A DNA stretch of 64,000 nucleotides from Eledone cirrhosa. Lineage: Eukaryota. The notes under the pieces were generated by a model that saw nothing but the letters and a program-made list of their open reading frames with translations, made no database searches and was not told the origin of the DNA. The stretch covers positions 243,164,001 through 243,228,000 of the forward strand of contig OZ024742.1 in the NCBI GenBank assembly GCA_964016885.1. The letters run 5' to 3'. The stretch's first letter is position 1. Every line of letters begins with the position of its first letter. Positions 25,900 through 40,948 of the stretch are shown here, piece by piece. A program made the translations under genes and the position numbers.

Positions 25900-27790
25900 G
25901 AAGGGATTGGAGCGGATCTATGTTTGTACAGGAAGGTAGAGTGTTAAACTAGATGGCAGCATAAATTGATATGTAGGGAGAGAAAGAGAGATGGTAGTGA
26001 CGATGAAAAGAGTAGTGTGATATGCGTACGCAATGTACAAGGATGTCTCTACAATTGACAATAGGGTCTTGTTTCTAGAAATGTATTTAGAGTTATGAGG
26101 AGATAGTGAATATGTGAGATGATTTATGTATGTGTGTGATATATGCAGTTTATGTGGATGTATGAATGTGGAAGATTTGTGTATGTAGTTAGTTATATAT
26201 ATATGTTTATATGGTGGTGGTGTGTATGGTGCGTTATGAAGGAAGAGAAAGTACTTAGAATGGGTCATTGAAGAAATGTGTTGGGATGAAAGCTGAGAGG
26301 AAAGGCGAGCAATCAAGGCTGGGTCGTGTATGAGGTGTAAGAACTCAAAGGTTGTTGTGAATATCTTTTGTGTGATTAGCCACGCCACACAAAACGCTGG
26401 GCTATAGGTCTGACTGGGTTTCAAAATCGTGTTTTGTTGCAAAAGCTGTGTAGACGTAGGAATTGTGAGTTAGGGGTAAAAGACTTAGAGTAATTGAGGT
26501 GGAAAAAGGCGAAGTTGGGGTAAGAATGGACGTCAGTGCGTTTGTAAAAAATAGGAGAGAGGTCCGGGTGGTCGATGGTAAAACAGAGATATCGAGATTA
26601 TTAACTGAGGATAAGGAGATGGTGGAAGTGGAGTGATGATCTAGGAGGAAAGAGTCGACATAGTCGATAAAGATAGTAGTTGAATACAGGTGAAAGGTAA
26701 TAACAATGTAACCATCGCTGTCTCTACCATAAAGTTCTGGGGCTGGACCAGTGAACTGAGCACAGTTCTGGGCCTCAACATAGTCAGCAAACACTTTAGC
26801 ATATTTAGGCCCCTTCCTACTGCCTATGACCATCCCTGTAACCTGCTGGTAAAATTTGCCGCAAAAGGACAAACAATTAAGTGTGAGTACAAGCTCATCT
26901 AGGCTGAGAAAGTAGATGTGTTGGCTCGAGAGTATGCTGATTAAGATAATACTTGAGATAGCAGAGACCATCTTCGTGGGGAATAACCGTGTAGAAAGAT
27001 TTAATATCAAAAGGGTCATTCCATGTCAAATCACTCAGAAGGTGCCAGGTCACCCCCTCAGATTCCCCTGAAAAAATTCATAGTAGTTCCTGTACCTATA
27101 TGATGGGAAAATATAAAGTATTAGGTATTATCTTTTAGGTATTATCAAGTATTAGTATTATCTTTGATAGTTTTGAAATTGTAGGCCTTTAAAATATTAA
27201 TTAATTATACATTTTTTTTCCGAACGAGACTCTCGGACCAACTTGAAACAGCCATTTTTCCTCTAATAAGGTAAGCACAACTTTGAAATCATGTGCTTGG
27301 GGCTAACTTTGTCAAAACTATCAAAGATATTGACCTAATACTTGATATGTTTCCATCATATAGGTACAGAAGCTAGTATGAATATTTTCAGGGGGATCTG
27401 AGCGGGTGACCTAGGAAATTTTTCTGAAACTGGGTGATTTGATATGGAATAACCCTAAAGTAAGGAGGGGTAAGGAAGAGTTAAGAGGAAAGGAGAAGTG
27501 TTAAAGAAGCAGAGAGTGTGATTGGTGTCATGGATATGGGAAGGAAAAGGTGGTGATTAAGGGTGAAAGGATCCTATCAAGGTATTTTGAAATGAATGAT
27601 GTGGGACAATTACTAACAGGGGGATAAGGCAGCCAGAGTTGTTCGGTTTATTGATATGTGGTTCAAATAGATTGTAGGTGTGTTGGAGGAGGCACACCAG
27701 GGTTGGTGGTAGTTGAGGGAAGGGAGAAGGCAAATGACATCACTGACTTCACATTCTTTCGCAGTTGATGAATAAATTTCCAGTCTAACA
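25900..27790 (-). mobile_element. Degenerate PLE reverse transcriptase region (different clade from the Hydra-like fragments), interrupted by a MITE
   Basis: FDIKSFYTVIP next to the MITE; LVLTLNCLSFCGKFYQQVTGMVIGSRKGPKYAKVF; NNLDISV. Confidence 0.75.
27013..27455. mobile_element. MITE with long terminal inverted repeats (PIF/Harbinger-like)
   Basis: GGGTCATTCCATGTCAAATCAC...GTGATTTGATATGGAATAACCC; flanks AAA/TAA; imperfect inverted repeat extends over 100 bp. Confidence 0.8.
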
Positions 27791-27804
27791 CTGAAGTCGA
27801 TTCT

Positions 27805-27910
<106 letters not shown>

Positions 27911-27959
27911 AGAAAAACCACAGATGTGAGAAAAACCACAGACCCTCCATCTCAACTCA

Positions 27960-27997
27960 CCTTTTGAAAAGCAGAAGAACTGCGAAACCGGTAAAGG
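27960..27997 (+). ncRNA. Minimal hammerhead motif with U3-A8 core
   Basis: CCTT/AAGG, TTGAAAA, GCAG/CTGC, GAAA, palindromic ACCGGT, site GUA. Confidence 0.85.
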
Positions 27998-28141
27998 AAC
28001 CAAATAAATATATATATTTTTTAAAAAAATAAGACTCCAGTTGCATTTTCGATTTCATCTCTTTTTCTTTATACTTTCACTCGTGTAGGACACCTCGGTT
28101 ATTTTTCATTTTGTAAAAAAAACCTCACTTTCTAATATATA

Positions 28142-28278
28142 TATAGGAACGAGTAGGACCCCGACGGCTGAGCTCAGCCGTCGGGGTCCTACTCGTTCCT
28201 ATTACCCACTCTACTACCCTAAGTATTGAGTACTTTGGTGCGTTATGGTCCACCTGGTTCGTTACCACATTTCCTTCG

Positions 28279-28280
<2 letters not shown>
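28142..28280 (+). mobile_element. Pseudo-LTR remnant family X with a perfect 60-bp palindrome
   Basis: ATAGGAACGAGTAGGACCCCGACGGCTGAG|CTCAGCCGTCGGGGTCCTACTCGTTCCTAT followed by the shared tail. Confidence 0.85.
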
Positions 28281-28356
<76 letters not shown>

Positions 28357-28695
28357 ATTGCACATGTAATTCAAACGCCTGTTACATCTTGTTACGTTGC
28401 GTCAGACTAATTCAACTGGAGAATTGCGTTGAGGGATACACATGGTTGTAGATAATTCAATAGCATACTTTAATTTTATGAGTAAGAATTCATCAGAGTA
28501 CTGAAATGCTTTGGAGGTTTTAGATGGCTTGAGGGGTGGGGGTGCAGCGTTCAAACTCTACCAGATTCGATCAAACAAAATGTTGTGATCGACCTGGGAT
28601 TGATACATTTTAATATATTTTCCCTTAAAAACTGACCATGTACCCCAGCAAGAAAACAATTCAATACATAGCGTATTATAATGGTTTCTGATACA

Positions 28696-29089
28696 GTGAA
28701 TTGGCAGTATCGGTAGAGGGTCGGACGCCATGCTTTCTAGCATAGTTACGTCCCTTTATGGTCTGAGTTCAAATCCCGTCAAGGTTGACTTTGCCTTTCA
28801 TCCTTACGGGGTCGATAAAATAAAGTACCAGTAATGTACTGGTACTTGCCGGCCTTGGCCCAAAAGTAGAAACAATTATAATGGTTTCTGATATAGGCAC
28901 AACGCCGACAATGTTGGGGGAGGAAAAAAGATGAAATCGACCCCAGGGTGTTACTGGCACGTTATTTTATGGACCCCGTCAGGATGAAAGACAAAGCTAA
29001 CCTCAGCGGGATTTGAACTCAGGGCGTAAGGGCCGTAACTCTATGCCGGAAAGCATGGTGTCCGACGCTCTGCCGATAATGCCAATCCA
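28696..29089. mobile_element. Two SINE family A copies tail to tail (+ 28696-28879, - 28880-29089)
   Basis: Both show the B box and conserved core. Confidence 0.85.
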
Positions 29090-30048
29090 CTTCTCGCCTG
29101 TTTCCATAAAAATTGTTTCGTAAACTTAAATACTCTTTAAGTGAATCATTTTGGGCGTGAAGTAATTCTAATCAAAAGTTTTAAAGTTTCTGCCAATAAA
29201 CTGGATGTTTGGTAGGAGGCGGGGTTAAATTCATTCATTCAATAATCCAGAGAATTAATGAACCAAAATGTTATTCAATAATATTAATAATAAAGCAAAA
29301 ATATTTGTGGAGTTTTTTTTTATTTTCTGTTTTATTTTATTTTATTTTATTTTATTTTATTTTGCATTTGGTTGCTTGTTTGTTTGTGTTATTGTTAGAG
29401 AAATTTGCAGACATCATTCCCAAAATCTGCTGTTGTTTATTCTGAAACATTCGATAACTATAGCGTGAAAAACTACAATAAATCCACTACTTAATTTTTT
29501 TTTCTTTTTCAATAGAGCTTGGTTATTCTTTCTTTTTTTGTTGTTGTTGTTGTTTTTTTAATAATGAACTCACATAACTATAAGGACAAACAATGTATCA
29601 AGAGTTAATGGTGTACTTGAACGGGAACTGCATCAATTATTTTTGCAGTGAATAGCAGCATCAGCAAATCAATGGAGATGTACTGATTCAGCTGAAATGA
29701 AAGCCACACCTTGAGGCCAACTTGTGTGCTTTGATAAGGAACAGGAGATGAAATATGAAATCTTAGAACTTTGCAATTAATATCTAAATTGTGAATACGT
29801 CAAAATATTGGATGTACTGAACAGTTAAATAGAAGATTGGTAAAAACAAAATACACTTGGCTGTTGTGTATCTGTATGTTATTTATTGTTTAGTTGCTTC
29901 TTTTTTAATGTGTTATCTGATTTGTGAGTTTTTCACTTAAAAACTAGAAATATACCGAAATCAGATAAAGTTGCTAATTCTAAAATTACACATACTGCAC
30001 ACATATGTATGGATGAATATACTACCAGCATATAAACGTTTATATATG

Positions 30049-30080
<32 letters not shown>

Positions 30081-30105
30081 AGAGAGAGAGACAGAGTGTG
30101 TGTGT

Positions 30106-30136
<31 letters not shown>

Positions 30137-30279
30137 TGTGTTTATATGTATATATGCATATATACACACACACATATATATGTATATGTGAATGTGTTTG
30201 TGTATGCCAATATATGCTTAGTCTGTTTTTCACTGTGTGCTCCCTCCCCCCACACACACACACACAAACACACACACAA

Positions 30280-30350
<71 letters not shown>

Positions 30351-30835
30351 TACATATATATATATATGTGTATGTACGTATATATCTATCTATATATATA
30401 AGCATGTATATATATATATATATATATATATACATGCTATATCGATAGATAGATACACACACACATATATATATATACATATATTACTTTATTTAAAGAA
30501 AAATCAAATAACTATATGCCACTGCATGGAATGAGTCAAAATAGTCGGAGTCTGATAAGAGAAAGTTCTAGATTCTAAATAGTTAGACATGATGGTGTCA
30601 GTGAAACTACATGTACTTTAATATAATGTGAGCAAGTTCAATTCTAGTCCGATCTACAAAATTAGATTTTTTTCTTCTTTTGTATGCCATGCAGTTTCCT
30701 TTTCAATTTGATCGAATACTTATCGGCATCAATCTTTAATGTACTATACATGTTGCTTTTGTATGTATGTATATATACATATATATATACACATATATAT
30801 ATATATGCATATATATATACATACATGTATACGTG

Positions 30836-30919
<84 letters not shown>

Positions 30920-31001
30920 GAGAGAGAGAGAGAGAAAATTGAGGTTGGTAATGGCACATGGAATATATAACCTTCGTTTTGTGTAGTAAATTACACTTTT
31001 C

Positions 31002-31057
<56 letters not shown>

Positions 31058-31417
31058 ATATATATATATATATGTATATATATATGTATACATACAGACA
31101 GATAGACATATGTATGTACGTACATCGATACATACATATATATATACGTACACGCATATGTACGTACATACATACACACATATGTATATAATACATACAT
31201 ATATACGTACATACATAGATACATACATACATACATACATACATACATACATACATACATACATACACATACATACATATATACATACATGCATACAGAC
31301 TTACATACACACATATGTACGTACGTACATACAAACATATATACACACATACATACATACATACATATATACATACATACATAAATACATACATACACAC
31401 AAGTGCGCATGTACATA

Positions 31418-31483
<66 letters not shown>

Positions 31484-31920
31484 TGTATGTGCTTTTTTAT
31501 GTGTGTGCACGAACGCACACACATACACACATTAAAGGGTTTTAAGCTAACAATATGCAAAACATTAAACGTACTTGAACTTATCTGATCAATAAGTCTT
31601 ATGCGAAGTCAGGTTTGCAGATGCAATATTCAGCTTGTTTGTTGCAGACGAAAGATATTTAAAAAATTATCAAGGATCATAAAATGTCGATAATGTAGGC
31701 AAAGGAAAATTGACGATGAAAACTTTAATTAGATAGTGCTCCCGCTGCTTACCCTGATAGAAGGTACCATCTGATGAAACAAATTTCACACATCAATATC
31801 TTAATAAACTGAATTAGTTAAGTATGAGGAAAATTACATAACACATCAGGAATTACAGACTTAGATTGCTGTTCAATACTCTAAAATAACGCGGCGTTCA
31901 ATATACCACAATGCATGTTG

Positions 31921-32112
31921 TCCTGACAACCTCTAAAAACCCAAACGAGGAGTGCCATGAAAAACAGTGCCCCAAAACGGGGAGAAATGAGGCAAAATGG
32001 GGAGATTTTACATAATGAAAGCTATACTCATTTTCACAAGATAATACATCTCTCACCCACCCCAAACTGGGTGGGAAATTTCCCCGCCGGACGGGGATAG
32101 TTGACAGGTCTG
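31921..32112 (+). mobile_element. MITE family M; other copies at 34516-34620, 39468-39641 and 56141-56542
   Basis: CCTGACAACCTCTAAAAACCCAAAC...GTTGACAGGTCTG. Confidence 0.8.
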
Positions 32113-34177
32113 GGTAGTTAAACTACCCCTCATAAATAGGGAAATATTAATTCATATCCAAACATCAAGATGCCTTATAATATAGACAGTTTGTCTCCTA
32201 ACTTTATGGAATTTTACTTTTTATATTGACTAATTTTGATAAGTACCAGTAATTCATTCGTTTATAGAGCTCCCAGTCGGACAGGAAGAATTGGCAGGTC
32301 TGATGTTGGTCACAGCTGGAACGATTTTGATTATGGATCTACTGGCGTGAGGCTTAATAATAATATATACACAAATGTAAGTATATGTATAGTCATATAT
32401 AGATGAATATAGACGTAAGCAAATGCGCACGCCTATAGACCAAGGCGCGTACATTAAATACAGGAGAGGGGCAGAGGTGTCGACTGTACGGAAAGGGATA
32501 AACGTGAAATGTAAATGTGAAAGAGGGAAGGTCAAATTATTAAAGAAAAAAAGTGAGAAAAGAAAGAGTCATAAGTTGGAGGAGCCATGCATTAATGTAA
32601 AAATGGAATAAAACCACAAATTAATATTATACACACCTAAAATGTAAGAGAAACATTCCAACACAAGTGTTCCTAAAGAATAGGAAGAAGGATGGAAGTG
32701 TTTTCGTAAAAATAGGAGGAATAATTGAGAGAAGCGAAAGGGTTTGTTGATGCCAGTAGATGTACCAAATATTAAGATGACATACTTCCCCTCGTGTGTT
32801 TCGCTGTGAGAAAATATGTTGCATAAAGTTACCATTGCTCAACAATTGGCTTTATGAACCGAAAAGTCAGGCCACACATTTGGAGATTTCCATTACATTG
32901 TAAAAGATGTTATGAATATATTTCTGGTGGGTAGTCTCCCAAACAATACTCATTTCATCTACATGCAGAAAATTGCCATGCTTGCAAGCAATGAAATGAG
33001 CAATCAGTTGAAGATTCCAGGTGGATATGATCGGGGACGTAAAAGCTCGAAACTAAAAGTTCACGTTGATTTATTTTTTAATTCCTTTTGAACGAGAAGA
33101 GAAAAGTGTCTGAAAAGATTGTTGCTGTTTCGGAATCTGACTAACAAACGAGTATTGCAAAGCTTAGTCCCTTCTAACGGCAGAGCTGACAGGTGGAAGG
33201 TAATAGAGAAGGGAAAGTGGTCCATATGTGTGTATATAGGTCAAAGGAAAGTAGTTCCGCTGAAATCTCGGGTTTGGCGGTGAGCAGCGTCGATAATTGA
33301 AAGAGACTAAGTCCTTGCATAAAATAAAGTGGCGCAGTTTTTCGTCTTCGAAATTGAAGGCCGACTCTTTGCAACATAACCGGCAGAATCAAAGAAATCA
33401 TGATAAGAGTGTGACGGATATAATGTGAGTTGAGTAGAATAAAACATCGTTGTAGAAGTTATCTATTTGCCTTTGTTATCTATTTGCCTTTGAATTTGCA
33501 TCTAGAGTTCTGGTCGAGAAGAATAATGATTAAAAACATTTCAGATAGTGTTTAGAACTGCATATTCTTTAAATGGAGCCTTTGACTGTTATTTTTTGCC
33601 AGGTCTGTCCAGTGAAAATGCAAAGGCTCCCTTGCTACCTCGTCTGTATCTACAGTTTCAAAAATATTTGGTTGTGATATAAAAATGATTTTCTATCTAC
33701 TTTAGAAATTCAAAGATGTTATTGAGAATCCAACTAACATAACTGAATGTTAATAAACTTCTTTTTTATTCTTCTGATTAAAAAATACTGTAATTAAGAA
33801 AAGTCAAGAGCAATTTGAAGTATGCTGGAGGTGAAATAAATGTCACCCCGAAGCAGATTGGCCGTCAATCAGTGGTTAATAAACTGCTTATCATTGCGTT
33901 TAGGTTAGCTTTTAAAAGAAAGATGTATTTCTATCAATCTTCTAAATGGAATTTCTATATAACATTTGGTGAAAAATAAGTTCATATTTATCTGACACTT
34001 AAAAGGTCACATTTTTCGTCCTTTTTCTGTATTTTTGTTGTTGTTGCTTTCTCTGTAAAGAAATCATTCAGCATTATCAATTTCTTTCTCTTTTTTGTGG
34101 GGGGTTCGTTGGCTGAAACAATTGATAAATCTCACTCGTAATACTTAAATAGTATGAGTCTCTTGACACTTCACCAT

Positions 34178-34360
<183 letters not shown>

Positions 34361-34899
34361 TGTTTATTTCATTAGTCTTACATTTATTGTGTTTTCATGT
34401 CACAACTAAATTTGTGTAACTGGGGTACAAACAGCAATGTTTTTATATATTGTTCTATTTCACTACAACGATACTCGGCATTCCACGGGTAATAAAGCCC
34501 TAAGTTGATGATCTCAGACCTGCCAACCTCTGAAAACCCTAAACGGAGAGTACCATGAAAAAACCTGCTCCAAAACGGGGAGAAATTAGACAAAATGGGG
34601 AGATTTTACATAATGAAAGCTCTGATCAATTTGTTGTCATAATCGCATTGTCATAATCCTTTCTTACAAAGATAACAGGATGTTTTACTTTCTAAACTTT
34701 TATGCACACACACATGCACACATTCATACATACTTCACATTCCCAATCTTTATATATATATCTTTTTTTTCGATAAACACTTCCCACCCTAACACCGCTA
34801 CCACAATATCATCAACAGAAACACTGTTAAACTTTCCTACAGCACTACACCCAACTTTGCACAAAACATTTCTTCATCTAACAACAAAAAACACCTCTC

Positions 34900-36218
34900 T
34901 AACAAAAGAAACAACAATGATATTAGTGGAGAGAAAACTAGGAGAGAAAACTAGATCATCGTGCCCCCTCAACAATAGATGCCGAGAACGAAATGTGGTC
35001 TACCAGTGCAATGTGAGGACGGAAAACTAAAACAAGGCCTACATCGGATTAATCACCTGCGATTTTAAGACCCGGTATTATCAACACCAACACACATTTA
35101 GAAACCCGGCTCGGCGACACGCAACAGCACTTTCTGGCCATATTTGGGACCCCCAAGACAACAATATTACCTACCATCTAAGTTGGAGCATACTTTCCAA
35201 GGCAAAATCATACTCGGGAGGACGCCGTCCGTGTAATTTATGCTCCGAGGAAACGATCCAGATGCTGTTTGCAAAGGACCAACTCTTAAATAAAAAGGAT
35301 GAACTTATTACCTCGTGTAAACACAGAATACATAGGACATATCTTACCTTCAAACCCCCTCACGACCCAGGTGGGTAGACCTCGGCTGTATCTCTTTCCT
35401 ATTTACAAACTAAGATAGAGGAAGCCCAAAGCATACTTAGGTAGAAGTAAAATTTCTTTTCTTTTTTCTTCATTAGTTACACACTCTAATTACACTTAGG
35501 TGGATCTTTGCACATGTACACTATTATAATCAGTTTCTATTCGTGTTTAGGTTAACCCGGAATATTTTCACTCTTGTTAAATATACACAGAACCGGCCGA
35601 ACAGAGCCATGTTTTTTTTATATCATTATAAAAGAAAATACTAGTAAATTACTGTATAGAGGTGCCGTTCCAGTGCATTAGAGTAAATGATAACTAAATT
35701 TCATTTATTAAGAATTTAATTAGTATTAATATCTATATGCTTTGCTCTTTAGCTAAGTGATAGACCTGGCATACCTACTCTCACTCTAACACTCTTCCTT
35801 GATTCTCATATGCTGAATTTACTTTCTTACCCCTATTAGAGATAGTTGTAAAGATTTCTCTCTGAACGCCTGGCCGGCTTGGCAACCACAGATCAGAAAG
35901 TCATCTCCCCTCCTCCTTTGTTCTACGGGCCAGTTCAGCTCCACCCCACCCCCCACACACCGCTATGAAGGAATTTAACCATGTACATGACATCCCAAAA
36001 TCATTGACCCCTCTCCGTGACAGACAAGAAAAACAAAACATTGTTAGGATTGTTTGATTTGATACGTCTGCTTTTTTTGTTTTGATTGCATGCCCATATA
36101 TGGACTGTACCTCTTGATAAGTTCAGCTAGATCCCTGTCGTCCTAATACTGCTGGTTTACTTAGGATCTAGCTGTCGAAACGGCCGGAGGTCAGCCGTTG
36201 TGGTCCTGACTCTTTTCC

Positions 36219-36220
<2 letters not shown>
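34900..36220 (+). mobile_element. PLE 3' half (GIY-YIG endonuclease remnant, long 3' region, pseudo-LTR related to family X)
   Basis: SSCPLNNRCRERNVVYQC..AYIGLITCDFKTRYYQH..ALSGHIW..CNLCSEE..LLNKKDELITSCKH; ends TTTTCCTA(TA)n. Confidence 0.9.
36102..36206 (+). ncRNA. Hammerhead motif with U3-A8 core and long stem II
   Basis: TTGATAA (36114-36120), CAGCTAGATCC/GGATCTAGCTG, GAAA (36177-36180), CGGC/GCCG, TT; stem I imperfect. Confidence 0.75.
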
Positions 36221-36251
<31 letters not shown>

Positions 36252-36315
36252 ATTTTAACTTCCTTCTCTAACCTTCTCACACTACTCTTACGTGCATCTG
36301 TTCTCTCATCTGAAC

Positions 36316-36351
36316 TTTCCTGAAGAAGGACTTCTGTCCGAAACGTTGAAA
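36316..36351 (+). ncRNA. Minimal type I hammerhead motif
   Basis: TTTC/GAAA, CTGAAGA-A, GGAC/GTCC, GAAA, palindromic AACGTT. Confidence 0.85.
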
Positions 36352-36437
36352 CCGCCTCCACTTCCACCAAGCGTGAACCTAATATAACTGTAAAATTGCC
36401 TCCTGTGTTTTGTTGTTTCATTTATTAACTATATATA

Positions 36438-36716
36438 TGTGTATGTGTGTGTGTGTGTGTGTGTGTCTGTGTGTGTGCGTGTGTGTGTGTGCGTGTGTGT
36501 GTGTGTGTGTCTGTCTGTCTGTGTCTGTGTGTGTGTGCGTGTGTGTGTGTGTCTGTCTGTCTGTGTCTGTCTGTCTGTGTCTGTGTGTGTGTGTGTCTGT
36601 GTCTGTGTCTGTGTGTGTGTGCGTGTGTGTGTGTGTGTCTGTCTGTCTGTGTCTGTCTGTCTGTGTCTGTGTGTGTGTGTGTCTGTGTCTGTGTATGTGT
36701 GTGTGTGTGTATGTGT

Positions 36717-36748
<32 letters not shown>

Positions 36749-36878
36749 CTGTCTTTCTGTGTGTGTGTGTGTGTGTGTGTGCGTGTGTGTGTGTGTGTGT
36801 GTCTGTCTGTCTGTGTGTGTGTGTATGTCTGTGTGTGTGTGTGTGTGTGTCTGTCTGTCTGTGTCTGTGTGTGTGTGC
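36438..36878. repeat. Compound (TG)n/(TCTG)n microsatellite
   Basis: Direct reading. Confidence 0.95.
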
Positions 36879-37228
36879 ATGTTCGTGCGATGATATCCTT
36901 TAAAGGTGGGAAGGATTTGTGTGGCCTTTATATATCAAGGTTATATTATGTATATGCCTACGTGTGATCATCCGAGTGTCTCATAACTGCACTGCGTTCC
37001 TTTGTAATTTGGCAGTACCTTGAGGATCGTTTGGTTGCGGCGTTGCGATTCTCGGTGACTATTCCTCCAGATCAAATCGCCCTCAAATCATACGTTGGAT
37101 GATATATTTCTGTGTTCTCCGTACATAGGAAAAAGACAGAATGTTCATGGCTCGAATACATTTAACCACAGGTCTGTCAGATCGGGACTGACCTAAGGAT
37201 AAACAACAATAACAGCAAAATAAAATCA

Positions 37229-38175
37229 ACGATAGGTACTTTTTATTAACCTCGAAAAAAGGAAAAGTAAAGTTGACTTCGATGGGATTTGAATACAGGA
37301 CGTAAATCGGCCAAATAATTTTTATTCGTTGTTTTACCAATATTTGTCTCTACTTTAGACACATTGCCAGCAATTTTCGGTGAAGGGAAGTCGATTAAAT
37401 CGACCCCAATGCATGACTGGTACTTTATGTTATCGACCTCGTAAGGGTGAAATGCAAAGTTAACCTCGGCGGGATTTGAACTCAGAACGTAACGGGCCGT
37501 AACTTTATGCCGATAAGTATGGTGTCCGACGCTCTACCATTCTTACCACCCTTTGTTTTACCAATAATAATATATGCCCAATAGAATTTTCTCTTCGCAT
37601 AAAGATATTATTGATTTCTAAGATAGAAACAAAAACACAAATTTGAAGGTAGACCATTGCCGATTAAATCTACCCCTATAGTTAAATGGCACTTATTTAA
37701 TCGATTCACTCTCACGGGGAGAATGGAACACCCAATCGAACCTGGTGAATGTTTAACTCAGAACATAAAGTAAAGCAGTTAAGTATTAGAAATGTGTTTT
37801 CTCTACCTCGACATAATTATCTGCCTAAAATAGGATTTCTGTTTTAGGCACAAGGCCAGTAAATTTGAGGAAAGGGCAACGTTGATTAATCCAAACCCAG
37901 TACTTGGCTGGTACTTTATTTTATGGACCCCGAAAATATGAAAGGCAAAGTTGACCTCAACAGGATTTGATTATTCTGTGTTTCTGGTAATATTGGTTTC
38001 TCATTTAGGCACAAGGCCAACAATTTGGGGGAAGGGTAAAGTCGATTAAATCGACCCCAGTGCATTACTGGTACTTTATTTTATCGACCCCGTAAGGATG
38101 AAAGGCAAAGATAACCTTGGCGGGATTTGAACTCAAAACGTAAAGGGCCATAACTCTATGTTGCAAAGCATGGTG
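37229..38175 (-). mobile_element. Cluster of SINE family A copies (clear: 37343-37551, 37833-37970, 37994-38175; plus older degenerate copies)
   Basis: Repeated GGATGAAAGGCAAAG..GGATTTGAACTC core; TSD TGTGTTTCTGGTAATATT around the last copy. Confidence 0.85.
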
Positions 38176-39467
38176 ACTGTGTGTTTCTGGTAATATTAAA
38201 AGCGAATTTGAAGTTCTTTATCAAAGAAAATTATATCAAAGAATATAATTTAGTATTTGAAATATTGATGTCATTAATAGATTACACCAAATATAAAATA
38301 AATACCCGTCAAGTAATGACTGATTTTGTGTCTAAATTATAAATCAATATATTACACCGAAACAAACAAAAAAATTCCGGATGAATTTTCCCATTATTCT
38401 TTATAATTTGTAATTTAATATCCATTCACCCTCACAAAATGAAAATCCAGTTTACTAATAATTTATTATCTATTTATTTATTCAATTTAAACGTCCGCAT
38501 AGAGCTAGTAAGCCGTGACAGACTAGGGAAAATATTGAGTACTCCTTACAGTTGGTAATCATAAATTATATAAAAGTTGGTAAACTAAATGAATAGAGTG
38601 GCAAATGAACACGGTTAGTGTGGTGGCAAATACAACCTTAGAAGCTGCTTCGTGCCGTGGCATTTATAGCTTCTAGAAAGGGAGCTTGATCGAGAGATAT
38701 AGTTTGCATTAGCCATGATTTCATTGTAATGTTCTACACACAGAAACTATTGATTTGTCATTCCGGTGAACTGATCACCAGTGCATTCCACATTGCAAAG
38801 AGAAACCTAATAGGGTGATCGTTGAGTGTGTAATAATAACTGTCTCAGTCACAGTGTAAATGTTGGAAACTAATCTAATTAGAAGATTAAATAAATCGGT
38901 AGAGATAATCTCAACTAATTAGAAGGTTAAATAAGTTGAAAGAGATATTTATGATAGAAAACTGAGTCGAAAACATGACGAGGATACTTACTAATACAAG
39001 TGTACTTTGTTTATATACTTCAAAACGGTGGAATTGGCAGTCGATTAGACAAAATGCCCTGCAGTAATTAGTTACTTGGATTTATGTTCAACTACCACGG
39101 TCAGTTTTGCCCTGTATCATTCTGAGGTCAATAATATAAATATGAGTCAAATACTTCGGCAGGTATACTTGATATAACCCTTCTTCATGTTTATACTGGA
39201 TAAGACTCAAAGACCTGAGTATTTGCAAGATTGTAGTTTGAAGAGATTTAGACAGGAATCAGTGCAGTTGAGTACATTTATAACTCTCTGTCATGATAAC
39301 ACCTAAAATCATGACTGTCCAAGATTACACAATAACAACATTTACAAACAGTATATGATAGTTAAACTTCTAAACGAGTCCTGCCTGTCCTACGATCACA
39401 AAAACGTATCAATAGACCTTAAAGAAGAGATGGTATAGCTGGTTAAGATCGACACTGTATTGGGTGT

Positions 39468-39641
39468 CAGACCTGTCACCTCTCTCTGTCGGACGTGGAA
39501 ATCACCCACCCACTTTGGGGTGGGTGAGAGATGTTTTCTCTTGTGAAAATGGGTATAGCTTTCATTATGTAAAATCTCCCCATTTTGGGGCACCTTTTTC
39601 ATAGTACTCCCCATTTGGGTTTTTAGAGGTTGGCAGGTCTG
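39468..39641 (-). mobile_element. MITE family M, complete
   Basis: CAGACCTGTCA...TGGCAGGTCTG; flanks GGGTGT/GAGTGC. Confidence 0.85.
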
Positions 39642-40162
39642 GAGTGCTATATATTTTAACGACCTGGGAATGACAAAAGGCAAAGCAGTCTAGGAAATAT
39701 TCGAAATCAGAGTGTAACGAGTTGCATATAAATTCTATAAAGCAATTTGTTCGAAGCTCTACCAATTCAACTAACCTAGCATCCAAATATTAATCATAAT
39801 GCACACAATTACAGTTGTAACATGGTAGTAGCATGTAGAATATATGTTAGATGAAAAGGAGACAAAAAAGGTAACAGATAGGGAGAGGAAAGAGAAATAT
39901 AGAGAAACATATTGTAAAGAAAAGTATATGTGTATGAGTATGTTTGTGTAAACTGCGTAGGAGTCTTGTATTTCTAAGTTAAGGTGTTCTTACAGGAGTG
40001 AGTTTTTGAAAACATTTCTAAATATGTGTGTAAACAACTGTCGGAATTTACTTGGTGGCTTTAAGGGCATCTAGACATAAATATGTTTATGTGCACATAT
40101 TTGTACAATTGCATGTGTGGGGAGATTTCTACACTTTTGGGCGTGAACGTGTATGCGTTTGC

Positions 40163-40197
<35 letters not shown>

Positions 40198-40574
40198 ACG
40201 AAGATTTGTAAATCTTTGTGGATATGTATATTTGTTTCGATGTGTTTCGATTTATAGATCCCTGTGCGTATACATGTGTATGTGGATTTATACAACTATA
40301 CCTGTGTATATATATATCTATATCCACATATACATGTTTACATCTGTTTTATTGTGCGTCTATTTCTGTTTGGATAAATGGGATGATGCATTTGCGTGCA
40401 TGATGATTGAATACATAGACACACATATACACACAAATACACACACATACATGCACGCACATACAAACACACATGTATATATATATATATATTAACATGC
40501 ATATTATAATGTATATATATATAGAGAGAGAGAAACATGCATATTATAATGTATATATATAGAGAGAAAGAAAC

Positions 40575-40624
<50 letters not shown>

Positions 40625-40656
40625 ATGCATATTATAATGTATATATATATATATAT

Positions 40657-40860
40657 AGCGAGGGAAAAGTGGTAAGGAACCAGGTGGACCATAACGCACC
40701 AAAGTACTCAATACTTAGGGTAGTAGAGTGGGTAATAGGAGTAAGTAAGACCCCGACGGCTGAGCTCAAGCCGTTTCGACGGCTAATTCTGTACTGAATT
40801 GTACAGAATTAGCCGTCGAAACGGCTTGAGCTCAGCCGTCGGGGTCTTACTTACTCCTAT
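40657..40860 (-). mobile_element. Pseudo-LTR remnant family X with a perfect 60-bp inverted repeat
   Basis: 40735-40794 vs 40801-40860; contains HHR 3' half GAAA-CGGCT/AGCCG-TC. Confidence 0.85.
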
Positions 40861-40888
40861 ATATATATATATATATATAAACATGCAT

Positions 40889-40948
<60 letters not shown>
